This document shows positions 21,315 through 32,372 of a stretch of 64,000 nt of DNA, in pieces. Positions within the stretch are counted from its first letter, which is position 1. The number at the start of each line of letters is the position of its first letter. This DNA comes from Gemmatimonadota bacterium. GTDB lineage: Bacteria > JBHIER01 > G020348925. The position numbers were made by a program, and so were the translations under genes. Location of the stretch: assembly GCA_020348925.1 (NCBI GenBank), contig CP070758.1, positions 2,867,688-2,931,687 of the forward strand, read 5' to 3'. Under the pieces are notes generated by a model. The model was not told where the DNA came from, searched no databases, and was given only the letters and a program-made list of their open reading frames with translations.

Positions 21315-23492
21315 ATGATAATGAATAGGATTGTGTTCTCTCTCATAAGGTCCCCGTTTTTATGGACACTTCTCCCGCTACTTCTGCCGCAGATCTCCCA
21401 CCCCACAACACTACACCCCATCTCTTTCCAGAAAAGTGAACAGGTCTTTCCGGGTGCGGAAACCTATCAAATTGCCCTCGGCGATGTGGACGGCGACGGT
21501 GATCTGGATGCCCTTTTTGCCAACATGGGGTTCAATTTCAGCGCCCTCTGGCTGAACGACGGCAGCGGGTACTTTGTCAACTCTGGCCAGCTTCTGACTC
21601 AGCAGGGGCACGGCGTCGGACTGGGCGACCTGGACGGTGACGGCGATCTCGATGCCTTCATAACCTGTGCCAACTATGGCAGTAACAACAACTGGTATTT
21701 TAAGCCGAGCAAAATATACTTCAACGATGGTACCGGTCTTTTTGTTGACTCTGGACAGGATCTGGGTGATACGGAGGACAGCGGAAACGGTGTGCATCTC
21801 CTCGATATCGACACTGATGGTGATCTTGACGTTCATATTTATTACTATCACCTGGAGTACACGTATTATCACATAATTTATCTCAACGATGGGAACGGAC
21901 AGTTTTATGAGAGTGACATCACCATTCCAAATGGAACGGAGCTGGCTTGGGGCGATCTGGACGGTGACGAGGATATCGACGTGTTTGTGAGGGAGTTCGA
22001 CGTCGGCTTCCGTACGATGACTAATGACGGGCATGGACTTTTTACTGAGCTATGGCAGATATCTGACAGTACGGTCGTGGCCGGTGATGTCGGTCTCGGC
22101 GATTTTGACGGAGATGGCGATCTTGATGCCCTCATTGGAACGGGGAACTGGGAGCGGAACGATTCGACGAAAGTTTTTTTCAACGACGGTACTGGCCGGT
22201 TCGAAGAGGGCGGTCAGAGGCTCAACCCAACGCAGTGGGCAAATTTTCTACTGGGAGATCTGAATAACGATGGTACGGTGGATGCCTTCGTGAACAATAT
22301 CCTCCTGCCCAACGAAGTATGGTTGAACGATGGTCAGGGCAACTTCATCGATTCCGGGCTGCGATTGAGTGGAAATGAACCAAGCAGCAAAGGTTCCCTG
22401 GGAGACCTGGACGCCGACGGTGACCTCGACGTATTCGTTTCCTATTTCGGACGAGGCTCCAGTTCGGTCTGGTTCAATGAAACGGAGCCCACGGAATTCT
22501 CTGGACCGTATGTGGGTCAGGATCCTCCGGGTCTGACTCCCGAAATATTCGCCCCGGGATTCATATCCACCGACGGAGACCACACCCGCGAATCTGATAT
22601 CACGTTCTGGCCCGATGGCCTCGGATGCCTTTTTGCCCGTTACGTCGAGGGTATGTCTGACTATACTATCTATGAGACAAAGGAAGTGGATGGAATCTGG
22701 GTCGATCCCTTCGTCTCGGAGCTCTTTGGCGACTATGATGTGTTCGAGCCGGGAATTTCTCCCGACGGCCAAAAGATCTTCTTCTCGTCTACTACCCTGA
22801 CGCCACCATCGGGACCATCGGGACAGGTGCTGAACATCTGGTACATCGAACAAGCCGACACTGGGTGGAGCGAGCCAATATATTTTGGCTATGATATCTA
22901 TGCCTCAGCTACCCTTGACGGGACAGTCTATTTTACCCAGAGAATCGGGGGAAAAGATCATATCGTCAGAAGGCGCATGATCGGTGGTGAATACCAACCT
23001 CAGGAGATCGTCCCTTCACCGGTTTATTCCCCATACGAGGACACCCACCCCTGCATCGCTCTTGATGAGAGCTATCTCATCTTCGACTCTGAAGACAGGC
23101 CGCGGATCAATGACTGCCCTCTCTTTATCAGTTTCCGTGATTCTAACGATACATGGACGGAGCCCGTCAATATGGGCAGCCTGATACCCATGAATGCCGC
23201 CCTGGCCAGGATCTCCCCTGACGGGCAATATCTTTTCTTCAAAAGCGAAGGGGATATCTACTGGGTCGATGCCCGGATTATCGAACATCTGAAGCCTCAT
23301 GAGACCTGCTGTGAGTGTGCGGACTGTAACGAAGACGGCTCAGTCGATATTTTGGATGCCTTGTGGGAGGTCAACTGCATTCTGGGAATAAATCCGCCAC
23401 CATGCTCCTGCGACTGTAATCAGGACGGGTCCAATGATGTTTTGGATGTCTTATGTATTGTCAATATCATTCTCGAGGGTTTCTGCCCATAA
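21315..23492 (+). CDS. FG-GAP + PD40/TolB-like propeller + Cys-rich dockerin (class B)
   Basis: LGDLDGDGDLDA repeats, GPYVGQDPPG, ISPDGQYLFF, C-terminal CCECADCNEDG...GFCP. GGAGG RBS before 21315. Confidence 0.88.
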   Translation: MIMNRIVFSLIRSPFLWTLLPLLLPQISHPTTLHPISFQKSEQVFPGAETYQIALGDVDGDGDLDALFANMGFNFSALWLNDGSGYFVNSGQLLTQQGHGVGLGDLDGDGDLDAFITCANYGSNNNWYFKPSKIYFNDGTGLFVDSGQDLGDTEDSGNGVHLLDIDTDGDLDVHIYYYHLEYTYYHIIYLNDGNGQFYESDITIPNGTELAWGDLDGDEDIDVFVREFDVGFRTMTNDGHGLFTELWQISDSTVVAGDVGLGDFDGDGDLDALIGTGNWERNDSTKVFFNDGTGRFEEGGQRLNPTQWANFLLGDLNNDGTVDAFVNNILLPNEVWLNDGQGNFIDSGLRLSGNEPSSKGSLGDLDADGDLDVFVSYFGRGSSSVWFNETEPTEFSGPYVGQDPPGLTPEIFAPGFISTDGDHTRESDITFWPDGLGCLFARYVEGMSDYTIYETKEVDGIWVDPFVSELFGDYDVFEPGISPDGQKIFFSSTTLTPPSGPSGQVLNIWYIEQADTGWSEPIYFGYDIYASATLDGTVYFTQRIGGKDHIVRRRMIGGEYQPQEIVPSPVYSPYEDTHPCIALDESYLIFDSEDRPRINDCPLFISFRDSNDTWTEPVNMGSLIPMNAALARISPDGQYLFFKSEGDIYWVDARIIEHLKPHETCCECADCNEDGSVDILDALWEVNCILGINPPPCSCDCNQDGSNDVLDVLCIVNIILEGFCP

Positions 23493-23556
23493 ATGATATG
23501 TCTACATAATTCATGCCATTGTCAGGAACGACATTTCTCAACTTTGGGAGAACGAT

Positions 23557-24870
23557 ATGAGGAAGAGGCACACGTGTCTCGCGATCCTACCGTTTGTACT
23601 GCTTCAGGTATATCAAGCTGAAACACAAACATACACTACGACCAGGGATTCATCAATCATTTCTTTCATCGACAGTGGTCAGATGCTTGATGATTTTGAC
23701 TGCCTCGGCATCGAATTGGGCGATGTCGACGGCGATTACGACCTCGATGCTTTTCTGACGAACGGTCAGGGCTCCAGCAAAGTCTGGCTCAACGACGGAC
23801 ACGGGATCTTTACCGACAGCGGCCAGAATTTTAGCGGCACTATCGGTCACGGCGTCGCCCTGAATGACCTGGATGCTGACGGAGACCTCGACGCCTACCT
23901 TGTCTTCAATGGATCCCAGGACAGGGTTCTGTTCAACGACGGGAGCGGTACCTTCACCGACAGCGGTCAGCGTCTCGGTAATGCCAATGACTGGGGGACA
24001 ACGGTCTCCAGCGGTGATATCGACGGAGACAACGATATTGATATCCTCGTCACGAACTATCAGCATCCGAACCGGATATGGTTGAACGACGGGAGTGGCC
24101 AATTTATTCCAGGCGACACAACCATAGGCGGGACAAACAGTGGCGCCATGCCCCTGGGGGATGTTGATGACGACGGTGATCTCGATGTGCTTGTGACCTA
24201 TGTCAATAATCCTGACAAAGTATGGCTGAACGACAGCAACGGACATTTTACTGACAGCGGCCAGAATCTGGGTGGTGTCGAAGGCTGGGGACACGCAGCC
24301 CTGGGCGATCTTGACGGCGACGGCGATCTCGATGCTTTTATCAACAATTCAGTCTACGGAAGTAAGGTGTGGTTGAATGACGGCTCGGGCACATTTACCG
24401 AACATGGAGAGTATTTCGGCGTACATACCGCCAATGTGGTCCTGGGGGATGTGGACCTTGATGGCGATCTCGACGCCTGCACCGTTTTCAGAATGGGACA
24501 GAACGATGTCTGGATTAACAACGGCACGGGCAACTTTACCTCAGCTGGTCCTCTTTTAGGCGTAAGGGGCGGTCTGCGCGTCTCCCTGGGCGACCTCGAC
24601 AACGACGGCGATCCCGATGCCATTGTCGGAAACGAAGTCGGCTACGGAGGTACGAAGGTTTATCTCAACGAGACAAATGTGACCTGCTGTGACTGTGCGG
24701 ATTGTAACGAAGACGGAACAGTAAATGTCCTTGATGTCATCTCAGTGGTCAATTGTATTCTGGGAATAACACCACTCCCCTGCTCCTGCGACTGCAACCG
24801 CGACGGAGCATACAACATCCTGGATGGCTTGTGCATAGTGAACGTCATTCTGAATGGTTCGTGCCCATAA
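23557..24870 (+). CDS. FG-GAP repeat protein + Cys-rich dockerin (class B)
   Basis: Signal peptide, seven GD(V/L)DGDGDLD-like repeats, C-terminal CCDCADCNEDG...GSCP. Confidence 0.9.
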   Translation: MRKRHTCLAILPFVLLQVYQAETQTYTTTRDSSIISFIDSGQMLDDFDCLGIELGDVDGDYDLDAFLTNGQGSSKVWLNDGHGIFTDSGQNFSGTIGHGVALNDLDADGDLDAYLVFNGSQDRVLFNDGSGTFTDSGQRLGNANDWGTTVSSGDIDGDNDIDILVTNYQHPNRIWLNDGSGQFIPGDTTIGGTNSGAMPLGDVDDDGDLDVLVTYVNNPDKVWLNDSNGHFTDSGQNLGGVEGWGHAALGDLDGDGDLDAFINNSVYGSKVWLNDGSGTFTEHGEYFGVHTANVVLGDVDLDGDLDACTVFRMGQNDVWINNGTGNFTSAGPLLGVRGGLRVSLGDLDNDGDPDAIVGNEVGYGGTKVYLNETNVTCCDCADCNEDGTVNVLDVISVVNCILGITPLPCSCDCNRDGAYNILDGLCIVNVILNGSCP

Positions 24871-24928
24871 ACCATTGGTATACTATCTGAAAGAAGAAAC
24901 CTGAAATCTGAAGGGAGCGGAGCGCATA

Positions 24929-26899
24929 ATGATCAGGATCTGTGCGATCTTTGAATACATACTCTTGTTACTCATCGTCGTCAGCAGCCAAATCTTCAGT
25001 CAACCGAAGTTTACGGATCAGGACCCGAACTGCATAAAATTAGGTCAGGAATCTGAGATATTGGAGCCAGCAATCGATTTTTTGGAATATGCCCCTACGA
25101 TCGACGGTATTCTGGATGAGACTGGAGAACAATTGCCTCTGAGAGGATTCAACTATGTCAGATTTCATGCTGAAGAAACATTCTCTACCGTGCCCCTTCA
25201 CTACAGGCTTGGCTATGGAACGGAATTTTTATATGTATACGTAGAAGTCGATCATGATCAAATGTTTTACAACGACCGTGCCTTCCAGAATGGCGACGGA
25301 TTTCAAGTGTTAATTGCGAAACCCCAAAAAAACGATGAGCGTACTGACGAGTTTTATGTCATCGCCTGTTCAGCGGTGAATCGAAAAAATCTTGAATGGA
25401 CGAAGAGAATCATTTTTGTCAATAATATTTATAATCTCTTTGTTCCTCTCAGCGAGGACGCAAAAATGGAGTATCATGATACGGGGGAAAAGTTCTCGTT
25501 TGAACTGTTACTTCCTTGGAAGGACATTCCTCCTTTTCATCCCTGGCTATCGGATGATATCGGATTTAACTTAAAATTTGTAAAGGCTTTTCAAGATCAA
25601 CCCACCAGTGATTATTATGTCTATCCTGACCGTGATATGGCACAAGAAAATAAGATGCCTCTGTATTGTCACTTGAAATTTGCCGAGCCTGAGATCGGAA
25701 ACAATATTCAACATTTTATTCAACTGGGTAGAAATCATATTTATGAAGGTGATGAGTTTGGCATCCACATCGTTACATTGACATCGGAGAAAGTGAGGCA
25801 AACGGTCAATGTTTCAGTCTATTCCATTGAAAACGATCTCATCTTGAATACCTCTAAATCATTCTATACACAGCCGGGGCTCGATAGAACCTATTCGAAA
25901 ATGGATGAGGTTTCTTCTCTCCCCACCGGACAATACACCATACAATGGGAAACTGCGATTGATGCAGTGAAAGGGGAAGATCAACTGACAATTTTCAATA
26001 CATTTCATTCAGACGAGATCAAATTGCGTCTGAGAAATTCGAGGCATCGGATATCGAAAGGAAGCTATGAGACTCTCTTCTACAGTATTGAAAGAGCACA
26101 AGATTTCTTAGCGTCCCTCAGACCGTATGAATCGGCTCCGAATACACGCGACAGAATTGAGCAATTGGTGAAAAATATCAATAACGCCTCATCAGGAATA
26201 GATGTCATTGCAACACATACTGGCGTTCTCAGAAGAGCATTCCAGTCGAAAGTCGACAGCACCTACCAACCGTATTGCGTGAGAATTCCTGAACATATCG
26301 ATCGCTCACGAAAATATCCGTTAATCGTATTTTTACATGGGAGCGGATCGGACGAAACGGACTTGTTCGGGTTTTCATTTCTCAATAATGGAGAATGCAT
26401 TGAATTAGGCCCCTTCGCCAGAGGTCGCTCGAATTTTTACTGCACCGACAATGCCCAGGAAGATATTGCGGAAGCCATTGATGCGGTCATCGAAAATTAT
26501 CCGGTCGATACCGACAATATTATTCTCACCGGTTTTTCCATGGGCGGGTACGGTGTCTACAGGACATTCCACGAAACTCCGCACAAATTCAAAGCGCTTG
26601 CTGTTTTCTCCGGCCTACCGTATTATAGCACGAACACGGAGGTACACCCCGACAGTATCTATACAAATTTTCTCGACGATGAAAAGGCAAAAGTATTTGA
26701 AAATACACCGCTGTTCATTTTCCACGGAGAGCAGGACAAGAATTGCTCAATATCAAAAACGGAGGAGTTGGTTAAGCTCTTCAAGGATAACGGAGTCCAA
26801 GTGACCTACGTCACTGAAAAGGAGATGGGACATCAACGACCCGATTCACATACAATAGGAAAATACCGTAAATGGCTTGATCAAGTATTAACAGAGTAG
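24929..26899 (+). CDS. Secreted CBM9-like + alpha/beta hydrolase (esterase/peptidase S9-like)
   Basis: PTIDGILDE, YPLIVFLHGSG, GFSMGGYG nucleophile elbow, FHGEQD, MGH. Confidence 0.8.
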   Translation: MIRICAIFEYILLLLIVVSSQIFSQPKFTDQDPNCIKLGQESEILEPAIDFLEYAPTIDGILDETGEQLPLRGFNYVRFHAEETFSTVPLHYRLGYGTEFLYVYVEVDHDQMFYNDRAFQNGDGFQVLIAKPQKNDERTDEFYVIACSAVNRKNLEWTKRIIFVNNIYNLFVPLSEDAKMEYHDTGEKFSFELLLPWKDIPPFHPWLSDDIGFNLKFVKAFQDQPTSDYYVYPDRDMAQENKMPLYCHLKFAEPEIGNNIQHFIQLGRNHIYEGDEFGIHIVTLTSEKVRQTVNVSVYSIENDLILNTSKSFYTQPGLDRTYSKMDEVSSLPTGQYTIQWETAIDAVKGEDQLTIFNTFHSDEIKLRLRNSRHRISKGSYETLFYSIERAQDFLASLRPYESAPNTRDRIEQLVKNINNASSGIDVIATHTGVLRRAFQSKVDSTYQPYCVRIPEHIDRSRKYPLIVFLHGSGSDETDLFGFSFLNNGECIELGPFARGRSNFYCTDNAQEDIAEAIDAVIENYPVDTDNIILTGFSMGGYGVYRTFHETPHKFKALAVFSGLPYYSTNTEVHPDSIYTNFLDDEKAKVFENTPLFIFHGEQDKNCSISKTEELVKLFKDNGVQVTYVTEKEMGHQRPDSHTIGKYRKWLDQVLTE

Positions 26900-26959
26900 C
26901 TCATGTAGTATTGAGCTGTTCAATACATACGAGAAAGTGTCGCCACGAGGGAGATCATC

Positions 26960-28441
26960 ATGAAAAGGAGAAGTCATCTCCTGCTTATCGCAGTTTTCAT
27001 GTTCTTTCCTACATATAACTCTCATGCACAACAAATTCATAGAATCCAGGAAGGAGACATCGATTCCCTGACCAATGTTTTCCGGAACATCAGTGAAACG
27101 AACTGTACAGGGCTTGACGTACAAGATTTCGTTGATCGTGCAACCGACGATAGTGTTGTTGCATGTACTCAGAAACCTGAAGACACTGCCGTCTATTTTA
27201 TCCAGACGGGTGCGACTGACTTTCAGTGTGCCGATTGCAACGGTGACGGTCCGGTGAACATTCTGGATGCCATCACGGAGATCAACTGTATCCTGGGCGT
27301 GTCCTCGTCCCCCTGCTCCTGCGATTGTAACAATGACGGAGCGGATGATGTCCTGGATGTGCTGTGTATTGTGAACATCATCCTCAACGGATTTCATTTC
27401 GTTTCGAATCCGAACACGTCCACCTATCATAATGATGACTATTCCTATAAAGCCGTGGCACAGAATATAACGTGTCGTGAGATCGACTATACTGCAGAAC
27501 AGATACCCGCATGGCTCACATACGATCCCGAGAAGCACGAGGTAATCGGTCTGCCGACGGCCGATAATTTAGGGAATCATCCCGTTCTATTCATTGCGTC
27601 GAATGGTCAAGAGGATGTACAACAGTCGTTCACGATTAATGTTCAGTTACGGGAAGTCCCCGGAGAATGTTGGGCCAGATATTCCCCGTATGGATGGCCA
27701 CATGACGGTCAGCCGTTTCCTTTTCAATGGTGCCAGGTACACAGCGACGGGGCCAATGATGATGTGAAACAGCAGATAGGTGAAATATCGGATCAGAAAT
27801 TCGACGAGATACTCCAGTTATTCAACTTTGATGATCTCGAAGATTTTCTCTATCCGCCGGATTACGATTCGATACAAGTTTTCGTCAACCGCTTTCACCC
27901 CGAAAATCTCGCGGCCGCGTATTGGGGTTGTTATATTATCACTATCCGCCCCTCTCATATGGATGAGCGGTGGTATAATTATGCCCTGTATACGGTCAAG
28001 CACGAACTGATGCATGTGTTCGAATTCCTTATTGAAGGAACAGTTAATCTTGGCACAGATGTCTGGTTTCGAGAGGGGATTGCCGTGGATGTCGGCGACG
28101 GCTTCGAACCCCGGATAGATCTGGATGATTTGGAAGTATGGATCGAACAAAATCAAAACGTATCCGGCCATGGAAACCCCATAGCCATTCATCAGTGGGA
28201 AGATTTTCCCGAGGGAGCGGATATACATTATTACTATGCCTTCTTTGAGCTGACAATGGAATACCTGTTGGATGAAAGAGGACAGGGCAAATCCCATCAG
28301 GATGTGTTGAATCTATTTTATGATATGCGAAATGGGATACCGTTTTCGGCGGCTTTTCAAACTCATTTTGGTATCAGTCTGGAGGAATTTGAAAACCAAT
28401 ACTACGATCTCATGAGGTCATATCTAAGCGGAAGCAGATAA
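26960..28441 (+). CDS. Internal class B dockerin + Ig-like domain + HExxH Zn-peptidase-like domain
   Basis: CADCNGDGPVNILD near the N-terminus, IPAWLTYD (He_PIG-like), HELMH...WFREGIA. Confidence 0.78.
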   Translation: MKRRSHLLLIAVFMFFPTYNSHAQQIHRIQEGDIDSLTNVFRNISETNCTGLDVQDFVDRATDDSVVACTQKPEDTAVYFIQTGATDFQCADCNGDGPVNILDAITEINCILGVSSSPCSCDCNNDGADDVLDVLCIVNIILNGFHFVSNPNTSTYHNDDYSYKAVAQNITCREIDYTAEQIPAWLTYDPEKHEVIGLPTADNLGNHPVLFIASNGQEDVQQSFTINVQLREVPGECWARYSPYGWPHDGQPFPFQWCQVHSDGANDDVKQQIGEISDQKFDEILQLFNFDDLEDFLYPPDYDSIQVFVNRFHPENLAAAYWGCYIITIRPSHMDERWYNYALYTVKHELMHVFEFLIEGTVNLGTDVWFREGIAVDVGDGFEPRIDLDDLEVWIEQNQNVSGHGNPIAIHQWEDFPEGADIHYYYAFFELTMEYLLDERGQGKSHQDVLNLFYDMRNGIPFSAAFQTHFGISLEEFENQYYDLMRSYLSGSR

Positions 28442-28468
28442 CACGTACACTTGAAAGGAGACATGCTC

Positions 28469-29596
28469 ATGGGGAAGCACGAAGCAGACATGAAAACGAT
28501 GGTACTTTTCCTTGCCGCTGTTACAGTTGTTTTTTCATCCCTCACTCTTTCGTTTTCCCAGACCGGTCCCTATCTGGGCCAGGAGCCCCCGGGAATGGAG
28601 CCCGTCATTTTTGTGCCCGAGTCATTGCGCTCAAATGCCGATTGGTTCTGGCATGGCGCCCCGGCATTCACGCCCGATTTGGAGGAATTCTATCTGGACA
28701 TCTACATGCCGGCAGATAATACAGGCATCCAGGTGAGATTTATGGAAATGATTGAAAACGTGTGGACATCGCCTGAGCCACCTGCCTTTACGGGTTCTGC
28801 CGAAGACGCCAGTCCTTCATTCACGGATAATGGGAATAAAGTATTCTTCATCTCCGACAGACCAGGCGGGTCGTCCTACGGAGTATGGTCTGCTACTCGA
28901 ACGGAGACCGGATGGTCGACTCCATCCCCGATCAACATTCCCTATCGATCCTCCCTCGGTGGAGGATGGCGGGTTTCGGTTACGCGAGACGAAACCCTCT
29001 ACATGCGGATGCACGACTTTGATCTGAATACGGATATGGATATATATCGAGTTAGGAAGATGAACGGATCATACTCTGAGCCTGAGAGACTGGATGACAA
29101 CGTCAATTCTTCGTATATGGATTTGGGCGCATTTATCGATCCGGATGAAAGCTATATTATATTCGCGTCGATCAGACCCGGAGGGTACGGAAATACCGAT
29201 CTATATATTAGTTTCAGACGACCGGGAGACTCCTGGACACCGGCAGTCAATATGGGAGAACCCGTCAATTCAAGTGCGAGTGAAGGCAGTCCGTATGTTT
29301 CACCTGACGGACTCTATTTCTTCTTCCTTTCCAATCGTGAGCCGCAGTATGGAAGAAATCCCTACTGGGTGAGTGCCCAAGTCATAGAAAATCTGAGACC
29401 TGACAATACCTGTTGTGAGTGTGCGGACTGCAGCGACGACGGCTCGATCGATATCATAGACGCCCTCTGGGAGGTCAATTGCATACTGGGTCTCACTCCA
29501 CCGCCATGCTCCTGCGACTGCAATCAGGACGGATCCGACGACGTCCTGGATGTCCTGTGCATTGTAAATATCATTCTTGAAGGGTCTTGTCCTTAA
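28469..29596 (+). CDS. PD40/TolB-like propeller + Cys-rich dockerin (class B)
   Basis: GPYLGQEPPG, RPGGYGNTDLYISF, VSPDGLYFFF. Start chosen from the AAGGAG RBS; 28490 is an alternative. Confidence 0.88.
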   Translation: MGKHEADMKTMVLFLAAVTVVFSSLTLSFSQTGPYLGQEPPGMEPVIFVPESLRSNADWFWHGAPAFTPDLEEFYLDIYMPADNTGIQVRFMEMIENVWTSPEPPAFTGSAEDASPSFTDNGNKVFFISDRPGGSSYGVWSATRTETGWSTPSPINIPYRSSLGGGWRVSVTRDETLYMRMHDFDLNTDMDIYRVRKMNGSYSEPERLDDNVNSSYMDLGAFIDPDESYIIFASIRPGGYGNTDLYISFRRPGDSWTPAVNMGEPVNSSASEGSPYVSPDGLYFFFLSNREPQYGRNPYWVSAQVIENLRPDNTCCECADCSDDGSIDIIDALWEVNCILGLTPPPCSCDCNQDGSDDVLDVLCIVNIILEGSCP

Positions 29597-29657
29597 ATGG
29601 CATCGATCATGTTTTTCAGATATAAGGACTGATTTCTCTCAACTTAGGGAGGATGAT

Positions 29658-30968
29658 ATGAGGAACAGAGACTTATTTTTCGTGATTCTATCACTTTTCC
29701 TGTTTCAAGGGCATCAGGCTGAAACCAAGACATTCAATACGACCCAGGTTTCGCCCGTCATCTCCTTTGTCGACAGCGGGCAGAACCTGGGCGACGGACG
29801 AACTTTCTGTATTGTCTCCGGCGATGTTGACGGAGATGGAGATATCGATGCCTTCGTCACACATTATATCCACGCAAATAAAATATGGTTCAATGAGGGT
29901 AGCGGGATTTTCACCGACAGCGGTCAGGATATCGGGACGACAACCGGTCACGGGGCCGCCCTGGGAGACCTGGATGGTGATGGCGACCTCGATCTCTTCC
30001 TGGTGAACAATCAGGCCCATGACAAAGTATATGTGAACGACGGTACCGGCCACTTCGCGGACAGCGGTCAGAACCTGGGAAATGCCGGGGATGCGGGCAT
30101 TTCCGTAATCCTGGGGGACATCGACGGCGACGATGACCTGGACGCCCTGGTGGAAATCTATCAGCAGGAGAGCAAAATCTGGATCAACGACGGCACCGGT
30201 ACGTTCACCGAAAACGGCCAGACCCTGGGCGGTGTGGAGAACAGGGACATGGCTCTCGGGGATCTTGATTCGGATGGAGATCTCGACGTCTACGTGACGA
30301 CCAACGACGCCGGTGACAGGGTCTGGCTCAATGACGGATCTGGTATATTCACCGACAGCGGTCAGAGCCTGGGGCCATCCGAGGGCGGTGGGCGTGTGGC
30401 TTTGGGGGATCTGGACGGTGACGGAGACCTCGATGCCTTCGTGGCAAATTCAACGCTGGGGAATAATATATGGCTCAACAACGGGTTCGGGATGTTTACT
30501 GAATTCGGTCCATACTTCGGTCAAAGCCAGAGGATAAAGCTCGGGGACGCGGATGGGGACGGGGATCTCGATGCATTCTCCACGCATCGTCAACTGGGCA
30601 ACGTTGTCTGGGTGAACGATGGAACCGGCACCTTCACGTCTCTCGGTCCGATCTTGGGCAGTCAGGAGGGATTGGCCGTCTCCCTCGGGGATGTGGATGG
30701 TGACGGTGACCTCGATGCATTCATCGGCAGACTTGAAGGCTACGGGGGAAATCGGCTCTATCTGAATGAGACCTATGTCATCTCCTGCCGCGATGCCGAT
30801 TGCACCGGTGACGGCCCCGTCGACATCATAGACGCCCTGTGGGAAGTGAACTGCATCTTGGGGCTCAGTCCACCGCCCTGCTCGTGCGACTGCAATCAGG
30901 ACGGGTCCGATGATGTCCTGGATGTCCTGTGCATTGTGAACATCATCCTCGATGGTTCATGTCCATAA
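29658..30968 (+). CDS. FG-GAP repeat protein + Cys-rich dockerin (class B)
   Basis: Paralog of 23557 and 31030. GGGAGG RBS before MRNRD. Confidence 0.9.
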   Translation: MRNRDLFFVILSLFLFQGHQAETKTFNTTQVSPVISFVDSGQNLGDGRTFCIVSGDVDGDGDIDAFVTHYIHANKIWFNEGSGIFTDSGQDIGTTTGHGAALGDLDGDGDLDLFLVNNQAHDKVYVNDGTGHFADSGQNLGNAGDAGISVILGDIDGDDDLDALVEIYQQESKIWINDGTGTFTENGQTLGGVENRDMALGDLDSDGDLDVYVTTNDAGDRVWLNDGSGIFTDSGQSLGPSEGGGRVALGDLDGDGDLDAFVANSTLGNNIWLNNGFGMFTEFGPYFGQSQRIKLGDADGDGDLDAFSTHRQLGNVVWVNDGTGTFTSLGPILGSQEGLAVSLGDVDGDGDLDAFIGRLEGYGGNRLYLNETYVISCRDADCTGDGPVDIIDALWEVNCILGLSPPPCSCDCNQDGSDDVLDVLCIVNIILDGSCP

Positions 30969-31029
30969 ATGACATTGAGTATCTGATTCAGATAACAGAG
31001 ACAATTTCACTCAACTTTGGAAGGACGAG

Positions 31030-32343
31030 ATGAAGAAAAAACACACTTGTCTGGCGGTTCTTTTGGCTTTAATGTTTCAAATATATTATGCTGAAACACA
31101 AACATTCATTACAACCCAGGATTCATCAATAATTTCTTTCGTCGACAGTGGCCAGAGTCTTGATGATCTTGACTGCTTTGGTATCGGGTTGGGTGATGTG
31201 GACGGCGATTACGATCTCGATGCATTTTTGTCCAACGGTCGAGGACCCGCCAAAGTGTGGCTTAACGATGGACACGGGATGTTTACAGACAGCGGCCAGA
31301 GGTTCAGTGGCAATGCCGGACACGGGATTTCCCTGAGAGACCTGGACGGCGATGGAGACCTCGACGCTTTTCTGGTCTTTAACGGCTCAAGTGAAAGGAT
31401 TGTGTTCAACGATGGGAGTGGGGTATTCGCCTTCAGCGACCAGCACCTCGGCAATACCAACGACGGTGGGACAACGGCCTCGAGCGGTGATATTGATAAT
31501 GACCGTGATTTCGATGTCCTCGTCACCAGCTTTCAACTTCCGAACCGGATATGGTTGAACGACGGAAACGGTCAATTCATCCAGGGTGACCCCACAATAA
31601 GCGGTACTGGTAGCGGCGGGATGCCCCTGGGGGATGTTGATGCGGACGGCGATCTTGATGTGCTTGTGAGCAATGTATACAATCCGGACAAAGTCTGGCT
31701 GAACGATGGCACTGGACATTTCACAGACAGCGGCCAGAATCTGGGTGGCCCGGAAGGTTGGGGATACGCAGCCCTGGGCGACCTTGACGGCGATGGCGAT
31801 CTCGATGCCTTCATCAACAATTCAGAATATGGAAGCCGAGTGTGGATAAATGACGGTCAGGGCACGTTCACCGAGCATGGAGAATATTTTGGCGAAAACA
31901 GCACCTATGTAGACCTGGGCGATCTGGATCTCGATGGTGACCTTGATGCCTGTACCGTTTACAGACTGGGGCAGAATGATGTCTGGATTAACGACGGCAT
32001 GGGCAGATTTACCTCCGTGGGTCCTCTTTTAGGTGTGGGGGGAGGTATGCGCGTCGCTCTGGGAGACCTCGACAATGACGGTGATCTTGATGCTATTGTC
32101 GGGAATGAGGTAGGTTATGGTGGAACAAAGGTCTACTTCAACATGACAAACGTAACATGTTGCCAATGTTCTGATTGTACCGGAGATGGCCTTGTGGATA
32201 TCATAGACGCCCTATGGGAGGTGAATTGTATCTTGGGCATCACGCCCCCACCCTGCTCCTGCGACCCCAATCAGGACGGCTCCGATGATGTCCTGGATGT
32301 TTTGTGCATTGTGAATATTATCCTTCATGGATTTTGTCCGTAA
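31030..32343 (+). CDS. FG-GAP repeat protein + Cys-rich dockerin (class B)
   Basis: Same length (437 aa) as 23557-24870 and collinear with it. Confidence 0.9.
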   Translation: MKKKHTCLAVLLALMFQIYYAETQTFITTQDSSIISFVDSGQSLDDLDCFGIGLGDVDGDYDLDAFLSNGRGPAKVWLNDGHGMFTDSGQRFSGNAGHGISLRDLDGDGDLDAFLVFNGSSERIVFNDGSGVFAFSDQHLGNTNDGGTTASSGDIDNDRDFDVLVTSFQLPNRIWLNDGNGQFIQGDPTISGTGSGGMPLGDVDADGDLDVLVSNVYNPDKVWLNDGTGHFTDSGQNLGGPEGWGYAALGDLDGDGDLDAFINNSEYGSRVWINDGQGTFTEHGEYFGENSTYVDLGDLDLDGDLDACTVYRLGQNDVWINDGMGRFTSVGPLLGVGGGMRVALGDLDNDGDLDAIVGNEVGYGGTKVYFNMTNVTCCQCSDCTGDGLVDIIDALWEVNCILGITPPPCSCDPNQDGSDDVLDVLCIVNIILHGFCP

Positions 32344-32372
32344 ACGCAAAGTTTTAACCTGAGGAGACTTTC

